Assembly: GCA_020627655.1 (NCBI GenBank)
Contig: JAHDGM010000005.1
Span: 2,977 to 66,976 of the forward strand
Origin: Hellea sp.
Lineage (GTDB): Bacteria; Pseudomonadota; Alphaproteobacteria; Caulobacterales; Maricaulaceae
DNA length: 64,000 bases
Reading direction: 5' to 3'
The translations under genes were made by a program, and so were the position numbers. This document shows positions 39,341-47,749 of this stretch, one piece after another. Within the stretch, counting starts at the first letter, position 1. The number at the start of each line of letters is the position of its first letter. Below the pieces are notes generated by a model, which ran no database searches, had not been told where the DNA came from, and was given only the letters and a program-made list of their open reading frames with translations.

Positions 39341-40441
39341 CTATATTTTTCTTGAACGCAAAAATGTTAAAAGTTTATCTGCTTCTGGTCCTCGTAATTG
39401 CCAGGACATACATCTGACGCCGCCGCCCATTTGACAAACAGGATTAGACATAATCGGAATTATTTCCTTGTCCGTCCATTTGCGCATATTGGCGATAGCT
39501 TCTTTGTCTTCGGGAATTCCAAATTGCGGAAAATATATCCGGTTCGGGGTCACCAGCATATTTGTATAAAGGCCGCAAGCCGAACCAAAACGCTTGTCGT
39601 AAATCACGCTACCATCATAAGGCGTAACGATTTCATGGATGGTGACTCCGGGTAAACCATTGCGAAGATCCGCGATTAAAGAGGCCGCATAATCAGGATC
39701 TTCCGGGTAACTGTTAATAACCAATATATTCTCATCAATAAATGCGACAACACCATCAGCATGCTCTAGGCCGCCTTGTTCATCGGCTTCTATAAACGCC
39801 ACATTGGCTGCGCCCATTGTCTGACGTATAAGCTGACGGCCTTTATCTTCTGTAATGTTATTATCGCGTAGGAATTTCCGGCTGAGGACGAGATTTCCAG
39901 AATAATCATCCACAAGGTTACCGCCATCATTGAAATAATTGCTTTCCCCGAAAGGGTACCCGGCACTGGTCAACAAGCTCGCCAATTTTTCTTGAACAAA
40001 GTCAGCTTCTTTTTGGCCCCGTCGTCCACCGCCTTGCCCTGCTGCTGAATAGCGCATCATGATCGGCTGGGCCGCATTTTGCGGGCTGAAGTCCCGCATC
40101 CAGATATCCTGCATTTCCACAGGCGCAACATATTTTGCACCATTTTCGCCAAGGGCTTTCACATAGACAGGGTAGTCATTTTTACTGGTCAAGATGATCA
40201 CATTGTCATGCTCCATGATCTTCTTGGCGTAATTAATATGGAAGTCAAAAATGGCTGATTTTTGATCGTTATAATAATCATCTGTACTGGGCGGTGCTGC
40301 AAGTATGATCAGTTCCTGGTTGTTCATTTCTGGATCCAAATGTGGAGTAAGGGTTTGACTGTTTACCTTGCTTTCAGGGCCGCAGACACTGATGAAAATC
40401 GCAAGTAAAAGATATTGCCATAGGTGCCGGATTTTTCTCAT
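39341..40441 (-). CDS. exported agmatine deiminase / PAD_porph-family (guanidino-group modifying) lipoprotein
   Basis: DIWMRDFSP, GLEHADGVVAF and a C-terminal catalytic-Cys motif MGGGVRCMSWQL. Signal peptide with lipobox LLAIFISVCG from ATG 40441. Confidence 0.7.
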   Translation of the reverse strand: MRKIRHLWQYLLLAIFISVCGPESKVNSQTLTPHLDPEMNNQELIILAAPPSTDDYYNDQKSAIFDFHINYAKKIMEHDNVIILTSKNDYPVYVKALGENGAKYVAPVEMQDIWMRDFSPQNAAQPIMMRYSAAGQGGGRRGQKEADFVQEKLASLLTSAGYPFGESNYFNDGGNLVDDYSGNLVLSRKFLRDNNITEDKGRQLIRQTMGAANVAFIEADEQGGLEHADGVVAFIDENILVINSYPEDPDYAASLIADLRNGLPGVTIHEIVTPYDGSVIYDKRFGSACGLYTNMLVTPNRIYFPQFGIPEDKEAIANMRKWTDKEIIPIMSNPVCQMGGGVRCMSWQLRGPEADKLLTFLRSRKI

Positions 40442-40494
40442 GCCGTCATGATAATATGCTAGAAGCAAATATTATAGAGTGAAATGGTACGGAT

Positions 40495-40941
40495 GTGAAT
40501 TTTGATCTTTGGTTTTCTATTGTCAATATATCGGTGATGCCGGCATGGGCGTTGCTGGTACTTGCGCCCAATTGGGAATTGACGCGCAAATTGGTGCATT
40601 CCATGCTCTATCCCTTATTTCTTGGGGCTGTTTACATTGGCGGATTTGCGCTGGCCTTTATGGGGCACGGCGCAGAGGGTGGTAGTTTCTCTTCTATTGA
40701 AGGGGTGAGGACTTTGTTTTCATCGGATGTAGGTATCCTAATCGGATGGACACATTACCTTGTATTTGATTTGTTTGTCGGGGCCTGGGAGGCACGAGAT
40801 GCGAAAAGACGGGGCTTTTCCCATTGGTTGCTGATACCCTGCCTGTTCTTCACTTTCATGGCCGGACCTATAGGTTTGTTTTTGTATCTACTATTACGCA
40901 AATTCACACATAAGGGCGGCTGGAGCTTGTCAGAAACATGA
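40495..40941 (+). CDS. ABA4-like/DUF4281 membrane protein
   Basis: 148 aa, 4 TM, GTG start. The family call is from memory of the DUF4281 pattern. Confidence 0.55.
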   Translation: MNFDLWFSIVNISVMPAWALLVLAPNWELTRKLVHSMLYPLFLGAVYIGGFALAFMGHGAEGGSFSSIEGVRTLFSSDVGILIGWTHYLVFDLFVGAWEARDAKRRGFSHWLLIPCLFFTFMAGPIGLFLYLLLRKFTHKGGWSLSET

Positions 40942-41470
40942 AGTGGATAGCCTTACTGAGGGGTATAAATGTCGGCGGAAATAACATCCTGCCTATGGCG
41001 GAGCTGCGCGAACTATTACCTGGTCTGGGTTATGAAAATGTCAAAACTTATATCCAAAGCGGCAATTGCCTGTTTGATTGCAAAGAGACCGATGCGAATA
41101 TTATTTCTGATCAAATTTCAGGAGCCATAGGGGCAAGGTTTGAGTTTCGCCCTCAAATTATGACCGTAACTGCGGACAGGATTGAGAAAGCCCTTTTAAA
41201 CAACCCATTCCCGCAAGCGGTTGATAATCCCAAGTCACTCTATATGTTTTTTATGACTGAGGCGCCTGAAAATGTGGATGAAGAATTACTTGGTTCCATC
41301 CAAAAAGACGGCGAAGATTCGCTTATATTGATCATGTCTTTTATCTCTACGCTCCGGGCGGAATATGGAAATCCAAAATCGGAGGGCGGGTAGAAAAGAT
41401 ACTCGGCGTGCCGATGACGGCTCGTAATTTGCGAACGGTTACGAAATTAAATGAAATGGTGAGTGCTTAA
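40938..41470 (+). pseudogene. DUF1697-family gene interrupted by a frameshift
   Basis: The N-terminus MKWIALLRGINVGGNNILPMAELRE is typical DUF1697. The listed ORF stops at 41393. The expected C-terminus (..DHVFYLYAPGGIWKSKIGGRVEKILGVPMTARNLRTVTKLNEMVSA*) is read in another frame up to 41470. Confidence 0.7.
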
Positions 41471-41497
41471 TTCAGTGCTGGCCTAGTCTAAACCCGG

Positions 41498-41558
41498 ATT
41501 ATGAGAAATTTTTCCCTGTTTCACGCTGGTATTATGAGAAATTTACGCGATTTCACGC
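41498..41558. repeat. two tandem ~29-nt direct repeats (period 33 nt)
   Basis: ATTATGAGAAATTTTTCCCTGTTTCACGC and ATTATGAGAAATTTACGCGATTTCACGC. They share the ATTATGAGAAATTT and TTTCACGC blocks. Confidence 0.7.
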
Positions 41559-41577
41559 GCGCCAATATTAGCCATTA

Positions 41578-42306
41578 CTAATTCAGTAAGAGGCCTTGAT
41601 AGCCTGTATCAGTAGCGGAGCTTATTTTTAGGTCAGTGTTTTTATTCAATATATGCTGAATTTCGAGGGTAGTGTAGGGGCGCTGCCAAAGCCATGGGCG
41701 GTTTTCGACAGCTTTTAAATCGGCATTGGGCGGAATGTCCTCGGTAAACCCTAGAAAGTACAAATCAAAACCAAATTCAGTTACGGGCTGAATGGACAAT
41801 AATTTCATGCCCAGCTCATCCTGGTAATGGGCGAGGTCTTTTTCAATATTTGTCGTCCGCAAAGTGATTTGCCCGATCAGCGCGCCGCCGCCCAGCGGTA
41901 AATCCGGGTCGCCTTCCTGCGTGCGCGGCTGTTCTGTAAATGTATGCTGTAAAAGCTCAATCTGAAACCCTTCGGGGTCGGTGATGTGACAAAGATATCC
42001 GATATCTTTGAACTGGCGTGGTTGGGTGATTGGGATGCCTTTGGCGGATAGCTGATCATAGGCCAAGTCAATGTTTGGAAGCGTTATGCCGATTTTCCAA
42101 TATTCATCTTGTCTGGAATATGCGTAAGGCTGGTTTGATGGACTTTGGGACAAAATAAGCTCTGCGCTTTGTCCCCCATAACCTAAATGAATATGCTCGC
42201 CGACTTGCCGGGCCGACATGCCCAGATGTTCGGTGTAAAACTCAGAGAGTTTTCCGGATGAAACCACATTCAGCTTAACGCCGGTTAAGGCACTAAGCTT
42301 CATCAA
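41578..42306 (-). CDS. two-domain VOC (glyoxalase/dioxygenase) family protein
   Basis: 242 aa made of two glyoxalase-like halves ([16 protein letters not shown]; MKLLSIQP..). Confidence 0.7.
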   Translation of the reverse strand: MMKLSALTGVKLNVVSSGKLSEFYTEHLGMSARQVGEHIHLGYGGQSAELILSQSPSNQPYAYSRQDEYWKIGITLPNIDLAYDQLSAKGIPITQPRQFKDIGYLCHITDPEGFQIELLQHTFTEQPRTQEGDPDLPLGGGALIGQITLRTTNIEKDLAHYQDELGMKLLSIQPVTEFGFDLYFLGFTEDIPPNADLKAVENRPWLWQRPYTTLEIQHILNKNTDLKISSATDTGYQGLLLN

Positions 42307-44111
42307 TCATCATCCATTTTAAGGGCGGCGATAAAGGCGGCTTGCGGAATTTCCACCTTGCCGAATTGGCGCATTTTCTTCTTACCTTTTTTCTGTTTGT
42401 CCAGAAGCTTGCGTTTACGGGACGCATCTCCGCCGTAACATTTTGCTGTTACGTCTTTGCGCATGGCGGCAATGGTTTCGCGGGCGATGACCTTTCCGCC
42501 CAAGGCGGCCTGAATTGGAATTTTAAACAGATGGCGCGGGATCAGGTCTTTGAGCCGTTCGCACATTTGACGGCCCCGGCTTTCGGCTCGGGAACGATGG
42601 ACAAGCATAGAGAGCGCATCAACCGGATCGCCATTGACAAGAATGCTCATTTTAACAAGATCGCCTTCGCGCTTGCCAATAGCCTGATAGTCAAAACTGG
42701 CATAACCCTTGGAAACGGATTTCAGACGGTCATAAAAATCAAAGACCACTTCATTGAGTGGCAGTTCATATTCAACCATGGCGCGGGAGCCCACATAGGA
42801 CAGCCCGGTTTGTACGCCGCGTCGATCCTGGCAGAGTTTTAAAATGCCGCCCAAATAGTCATCCGGTGTCATGATAGTGGCTTTGATCCAGGGCTCTTCA
42901 ATATGTTCGATCGCCATGATATCGGGCATGTCGGCGGGATTATGGAGCAGAACCGGATCAGCCTTTTTCATAATCAGCGTATAGACCACAGAAGGCGCGG
43001 TAGTGATGAGGTCGAGATTAAATTCCCGCTCAAGCCGTTCCTGAATAATCTCAAGATGCAAAAGACCCAGAAATCCGCAGCGAAAGCCAAAGCCAAGGGC
43101 AGCAGAGGTTTCCATCTCGAACGAAAAGCTCGCATCATTAAGGCGCAGGCGGCCCATGGCTGCGCGCAGGTCTTCAAAATCTGCCGCATCAACCGGGAAA
43201 ATTCCGCAAAAGACAACGGGCTGTGCTGGTTTAAACCCTTCAAGCGGCGTTTCTGTGGGGCGCTTATCTTCGGTGATGGTATCGCCAACGGCGGCGTCAG
43301 CCACTTCTTTGATGGAGGCGGTTAAAAAGCCGACTTCACCGGGGCCGATTTCCTTCAGATCTTCAGGCTTTGGCCGGAAGCAACCAACCTTATCGACCGT
43401 ATAGCTTGCGCCCGTATTCATTGTGCGGATGCGCATGGCTTTTTTAACGGTTCCTTCCATTACGCGGAACAATACCACCACGCCCATATAAGTGTCATAC
43501 CAAGCATCAATCAGCATGGCTTTAAGTGGAGCATTGGGATCGCCATATTCGGGCGGAGGTAATTCTTTGACGATAGCCTCGAGCACATCTTCAATGCCGA
43601 TGCCGGATTTGGCGGAACATTCAATGGCACCGGAAGCGTCAATACCGATTACGTCTTCGATCTGTGTTTTAACGCGCTCTGGTTCGGAGGCAGGTAGGTC
43701 GATTTTATTCAGGACCGGAACAATTTCATGATCATGGTCTATGGCCTGATAAACATTGGCCAGGGTTTGCGCTTCTACGCCTTGGGACGCATCGACCACG
43801 AGAATGGAACCTTCACAGGCTGAGAGGCTGCGCGAAACTTCATAGGCAAAGTCTACATGGCCCGGCGTATCCATCAGATTGAGCAAATAGGTTTCACCGT
43901 CCTTGGCCTTATAATCAAGACGCACGGTTTGAGCCTTGATAGTGATACCGCGCTCTTTCTCGATATCCATATTGTCGAGCACTTGTTCGGACATCTCACG
44001 ATCAGACAGCCCGCCCGTAAAATGGATCAGACGATCCGCAAGGGTAGACTTACCGTGATCAATATGTGCCACGATAGAAAAGTTTCGAATTTTGGACTGG
44101 TCAATACTCAT
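42303..44111 (-). CDS. lepA: translation elongation factor 4
   Basis: [26 protein letters not shown], and the LepA-specific C-terminal domain. Confidence 0.97.
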   Translation of the reverse strand: MSIDQSKIRNFSIVAHIDHGKSTLADRLIHFTGGLSDREMSEQVLDNMDIEKERGITIKAQTVRLDYKAKDGETYLLNLMDTPGHVDFAYEVSRSLSACEGSILVVDASQGVEAQTLANVYQAIDHDHEIVPVLNKIDLPASEPERVKTQIEDVIGIDASGAIECSAKSGIGIEDVLEAIVKELPPPEYGDPNAPLKAMLIDAWYDTYMGVVVLFRVMEGTVKKAMRIRTMNTGASYTVDKVGCFRPKPEDLKEIGPGEVGFLTASIKEVADAAVGDTITEDKRPTETPLEGFKPAQPVVFCGIFPVDAADFEDLRAAMGRLRLNDASFSFEMETSAALGFGFRCGFLGLLHLEIIQERLEREFNLDLITTAPSVVYTLIMKKADPVLLHNPADMPDIMAIEHIEEPWIKATIMTPDDYLGGILKLCQDRRGVQTGLSYVGSRAMVEYELPLNEVVFDFYDRLKSVSKGYASFDYQAIGKREGDLVKMSILVNGDPVDALSMLVHRSRAESRGRQMCERLKDLIPRHLFKIPIQAALGGKVIARETIAAMRKDVTAKCYGGDASRKRKLLDKQKKGKKKMRQFGKVEIPQAAFIAALKMDDD

Positions 44112-44154
44112 GCTGCGCTATGTATTTGTTTTTTGGCAATGCGCAAGAGTAAAG

Positions 44155-44182
44155 GCTTGATAGATAACCGTTACTATCAAGC
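44155..44182 (-). terminator. near-perfect 28-nt palindrome abutting the stop of the 132-aa gene (possible terminator or operator upstream of lepA)
   Basis: GCTTGATAG-ataaccgtta-CTATCAAGC with 9-bp arms (the inner TAAC/GTTA is also complementary). On the minus strand it is followed only by the weakly U-rich CUUUACUCUU. Confidence 0.4.
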
Positions 44183-44580
44183 TACCCGCCAACGAGCGGT
44201 GTCAGCTTTATAAAGCTGACGGCCATGTTCGGTTTAAGTTCTATAATTTCATCCAAATTTTCGATTTGACGGTTATCGATCAGCATAAAAAAACCATTTC
44301 CTTGAAAGGCTTTTAAGGCGGTTGCAATCTGTTTAGCGGCATTGACCTTACGCCGTTTTTTAAAACGGTACCCATTCAATGTTTCCTCCGTCTCTGTTGG
44401 TTGAACGAGGCCGTTGAAGCGCTTTTCAACTTTGCGGTTATATGCATCGACTTCTTGAATGACCCGTTCTCGGATAATGTCTTCTGCTGAAACATTTGGG
44501 CTTTCGAAATTCAGGTTAAATTCCTGTTTAACTTCACCGCCAACTGTTTCGTCTCGGACAATAAGTTGTAAGATTCCCAT
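44182..44580 (-). CDS. small hypothetical protein ending ...LTPLVGG-stop; MoaD/ThiS/ubiquitin-like (beta-grasp) candidate
   Basis: 132 aa. The ATG lies 2 nt after the TAA of the upstream gene, with GAGG 5 nt upstream. The C-terminal GG is directly followed by TAG. The fold is inferred only. Confidence 0.6.
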   Translation of the reverse strand: MGILQLIVRDETVGGEVKQEFNLNFESPNVSAEDIIRERVIQEVDAYNRKVEKRFNGLVQPTETEETLNGYRFKKRRKVNAAKQIATALKAFQGNGFFMLIDNRQIENLDEIIELKPNMAVSFIKLTPLVGG

Positions 44581-44582
44581 GT

Positions 44583-47123
44583 TTACCTCAGCTGACTCAG
44601 GATGGTTTTATCAGTAATTTTATTGTCCTCTGCTAACATGAAGGCTTTACTTAGAACAATGGACAGACCTCTATCGCCCTCAAAGGGTAGGTATAAAGCT
44701 TCGACAGTTTTATCTTTACCGCGTCCAGGCACTATACAAAGATACCGGTCATCAGGTTGAATCAGTATATTGCCGCTCCCTATATGAATTTTGTAACTAT
44801 GTTTCATACCTTGGATGTGTAAGAACTTGCCCTCTATGTGGGCTTTATCACGTATTTTCAGCCTCGGTACAAGACGCTCCAATACGGCTTTACGTGTCTT
44901 AGCCGTTTCACTCAGGTCGCCAAAAGAATATGATCGCCAATATTCATGTGTGCGTGGTGCGCCGCCGCGGTCCATCCATGTTGGGTCATTGCCAATACTG
45001 GCGACGCCGACAAACAAATCCGTGTCGCGTAAAATTTCTGACAACACAATTGGCGGAATATTGATCAGCTCAACAACGTCATCATATTCATTAATAAAAC
45101 GAACTTGATCCGTGGCGACATAATTCCATATGCCTGCTTCATTAAAATGATCTGCATCTTCTATAATTTCATCGATCCAAAATTCGGCATTAAGATTATA
45201 GGCCGGTATAGCTTTGCTGGCGATTGTGTTGTCACGACCATCATCATAAGCGCCCATTAGTGAATATTGCCATCCACGTATGGCGGCTAAAGAATTAAAC
45301 TGATGTTGTTTAATAATATGGGCGGCCATTCGGTTGGAATATGTTCCGGTGTTTATTTCGGCATCAGTCAAAATGTAAATTTCTCTGTATGCCTGTTTGA
45401 AAGGCTGTCTTATTTCGAGGGTTTCTAATCGATCTCTCCATGTCATGATTTCGTCCGTCTTGGATTGGATCGGATGCCACAGGTGGATGGTGTCAATTTG
45501 GTCTTTAATTAGTTTTCCGCCTGAATCTTGCCAATTGCCTTTTATATATAAAGCATTGATGGTTTTGCCTTTAATAGTGAGGGCCCAAATAAGTTTTCGA
45601 GCGATAACAGAGACTAGTCCATGATCTAGATAATATTTTGAAAAATCTTCCGGTGTCCAAGATATGTCTTGAGTGTAAAGTCTATCAATCCGGTCTCGCT
45701 GGGTTGATAAGGCTTTTTTAATTTCTTTGACTTGGGCTCTTACGTCAGCAAGTTTGGATTTAAGAGCCGCGTTGTCTTTGATGAAGGCAGGGGTTGTTTT
45801 CTGTGGCGAGCCATCAGGTTTAAGCCAGGTTTGAGATATGTTTTGGACGCCTTCTGCTGAAATTCGCAGTGTATAATCTTTAAGAGAAATGTCTTTACGA
45901 CCTGAGCCAAGTCCAAAATCGGGAGCCGCCATCTCTTCAATCTTTGTTGCTGGTAATCCTTGTTTCTGAGCTTGTTCTTCTATGTGTTTTTGTATGAGTT
46001 TTTGCGTGTTGTTTTGTTTAACTCGCAATTTCAATCGAGAGAGATGTGCTACGCCTCCGAGGCCTTTAGAATTGGCCAGAGTATAAATACAGGCATTTCC
46101 AAGTGCGGCAGCACCCGGTCCGATACCAGGTAATCGGTTAAAACATTTTTCGGCAAGTTTTGAGACCGCAGCGAGAGTCTTTTCATCATGAAATCTGGAT
46201 AAGCCCCAAACTAGGCCTTTGAGCAAGGTTTGCATGATATTGCTTAGCGCGCCAGCATTGTAATGATTAACAGTGTTGTTATCTTGAAAGGCATTTGCGC
46301 TTGCGGCCGCTGTCAGCCAATCTTGCATTTGGCTTTTAAACTTTGATAGTTCCATTGTTTCTAATTGGGTGTCAAAGTTTTTGAGATATGTTTTAGATGG
46401 CTTAGATCCGTTGGAAGTAGCCGCTATATGGAATAATCTATACCATGATTGTCTTAATTCATCAGGCATATCATCCAGGTCTGCCTTCATTTTCTGCCCT
46501 ATTCCCTCATTACTCAGAGGGTAAGGTGCAGCTGCCAAGTCTTCAGTTGAAATCAGTTTAACCAGTTTTGCATGGGCTTTTTGCAAATCGGAGCCGTAAT
46601 AATTACGTTTGTCAAAGGCTTTCCATTTAGAAACTTTTATCAACGCTTCTTGTTGCATATCTGTGAGTTCATTGTTCTTAAGGCATTTTTCAAGTTGTGA
46701 AACAGTGAGGCCGATTGGCCAACGTGGAAAATTAATGTCTTTGTGGTTTTTATAATTGTGCAACAGGGTAATTATGTTGTCTGGCGTAAAATTAATTTTA
46801 CGCCGCAAAATCATACTTAAAGGATCAACCGTTCTGGTGACATTAGTCCAAGTGTAGTTCTTGTGACCCTTACTTGTCGTTAATGGGGGATTGGCAGAAA
46901 ACGCTAAAACAAAATCTGCTTTTTCATCTGGTGATAGGGCTGCAATTTTTTGAAATGAAGGCATTTCACGATAATCGCTTTGGGCTGGATATCCAGAAAG
47001 TTTTTTCAGATCAACTGCAAACTCTTTTAATAATCCGGTATAATTGCCAGACTTCAGAGATGTAGATTTTGCCGTTTCTTTATGAGGCTTAGGCGTAGAT
47101 TTTCTTTTAAAAAAATTGAACAT
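44583..47123 (-). CDS. DUF4132-family large protein (MolR/YehI-like C-terminal region)
   Basis: About 846 aa (ATG 47123; the listed ORF starts at GTG 47129). The C-terminal half carries blocks I associate with DUF4132 proteins: LWHP, QPFKQAYREIY, IKQHQF..LAAIRGW, TDQVRF, SEILRDTDLFVGVASIGNDPTW, YKIHIGSGNILIQPDDRYLCIVP, LPFEGD. The family call is from memory. Confidence 0.65.
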   Translation of the reverse strand: MFNFFKRKSTPKPHKETAKSTSLKSGNYTGLLKEFAVDLKKLSGYPAQSDYREMPSFQKIAALSPDEKADFVLAFSANPPLTTSKGHKNYTWTNVTRTVDPLSMILRRKINFTPDNIITLLHNYKNHKDINFPRWPIGLTVSQLEKCLKNNELTDMQQEALIKVSKWKAFDKRNYYGSDLQKAHAKLVKLISTEDLAAAPYPLSNEGIGQKMKADLDDMPDELRQSWYRLFHIAATSNGSKPSKTYLKNFDTQLETMELSKFKSQMQDWLTAAASANAFQDNNTVNHYNAGALSNIMQTLLKGLVWGLSRFHDEKTLAAVSKLAEKCFNRLPGIGPGAAALGNACIYTLANSKGLGGVAHLSRLKLRVKQNNTQKLIQKHIEEQAQKQGLPATKIEEMAAPDFGLGSGRKDISLKDYTLRISAEGVQNISQTWLKPDGSPQKTTPAFIKDNAALKSKLADVRAQVKEIKKALSTQRDRIDRLYTQDISWTPEDFSKYYLDHGLVSVIARKLIWALTIKGKTINALYIKGNWQDSGGKLIKDQIDTIHLWHPIQSKTDEIMTWRDRLETLEIRQPFKQAYREIYILTDAEINTGTYSNRMAAHIIKQHQFNSLAAIRGWQYSLMGAYDDGRDNTIASKAIPAYNLNAEFWIDEIIEDADHFNEAGIWNYVATDQVRFINEYDDVVELINIPPIVLSEILRDTDLFVGVASIGNDPTWMDRGGAPRTHEYWRSYSFGDLSETAKTRKAVLERLVPRLKIRDKAHIEGKFLHIQGMKHSYKIHIGSGNILIQPDDRYLCIVPGRGKDKTVEALYLPFEGDRGLSIVLSKAFMLAEDNKITDKTILSQLR

Positions 47124-47135
47124 ATACACTTTCGG

Positions 47136-47717
47136 CTATTCACTGCCCCAGACAGGTGGCGGTATGTCGATGGGTTTTGTGAGGTCAAACTCGGCGCGGA
47201 AATCGCGATTTGGGCGTGAGAGCGCGTAAGTAAAGGATGTTCCGGGGTTAATCGAAATTTTCCATGTATTTTCAACGGATGCGGTGAGGCCTTCTTCGCG
47301 GAACAGGCTTTTTGAAAAGTCATCCACTGGAAAAGCCTGAGATTTGGCGGTTCCAAAATCAGCGGTCAGCCCGCCATACATGGTAACATCATCCGGCGTG
47401 CCATCTTCATGTCTGTGATCATGTTTTAGCTCAAGCCCGTTATGTAGATGGGATATGACCCAGGTACGGGAACGGTTTTCGCCAACATGGAGCGGTATTT
47501 TTATTTCCGTATCGCTGCAATCGCGGACATGCATGATCAGGGTTTCCTTGACCCAGTCCGCATCTTGAGGATCTTCGGATATAACCTTGCCGGCAAAAGC
47601 CTTGCCGCACAGGGATGAGAGATTATTCATAAACTCTAATTGAAGGTCTGCTTGTTGCGGGACGCAGGCGCCCAATAGACCGAAAGATATTGTGAGACTT
47701 ATATAGCGCATAATCAC
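47136..47717 (-). CDS. hypothetical lipoprotein with His-rich core motif
   Basis: 193 aa with lipobox FGLLGAC and the block ELKHDHRHEDGTPDDVTMYGG. Ends 6 nt before the listed GTG start (47129) of the DUF4132 gene, or 12 nt before ATG 47123. Confidence 0.6.
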   Translation of the reverse strand: MIMRYISLTISFGLLGACVPQQADLQLEFMNNLSSLCGKAFAGKVISEDPQDADWVKETLIMHVRDCSDTEIKIPLHVGENRSRTWVISHLHNGLELKHDHRHEDGTPDDVTMYGGLTADFGTAKSQAFPVDDFSKSLFREEGLTASVENTWKISINPGTSFTYALSRPNRDFRAEFDLTKPIDIPPPVWGSE

Positions 47718-47749
47718 AGCATAAATCTCTTATGAGTATTTTGTCTATG

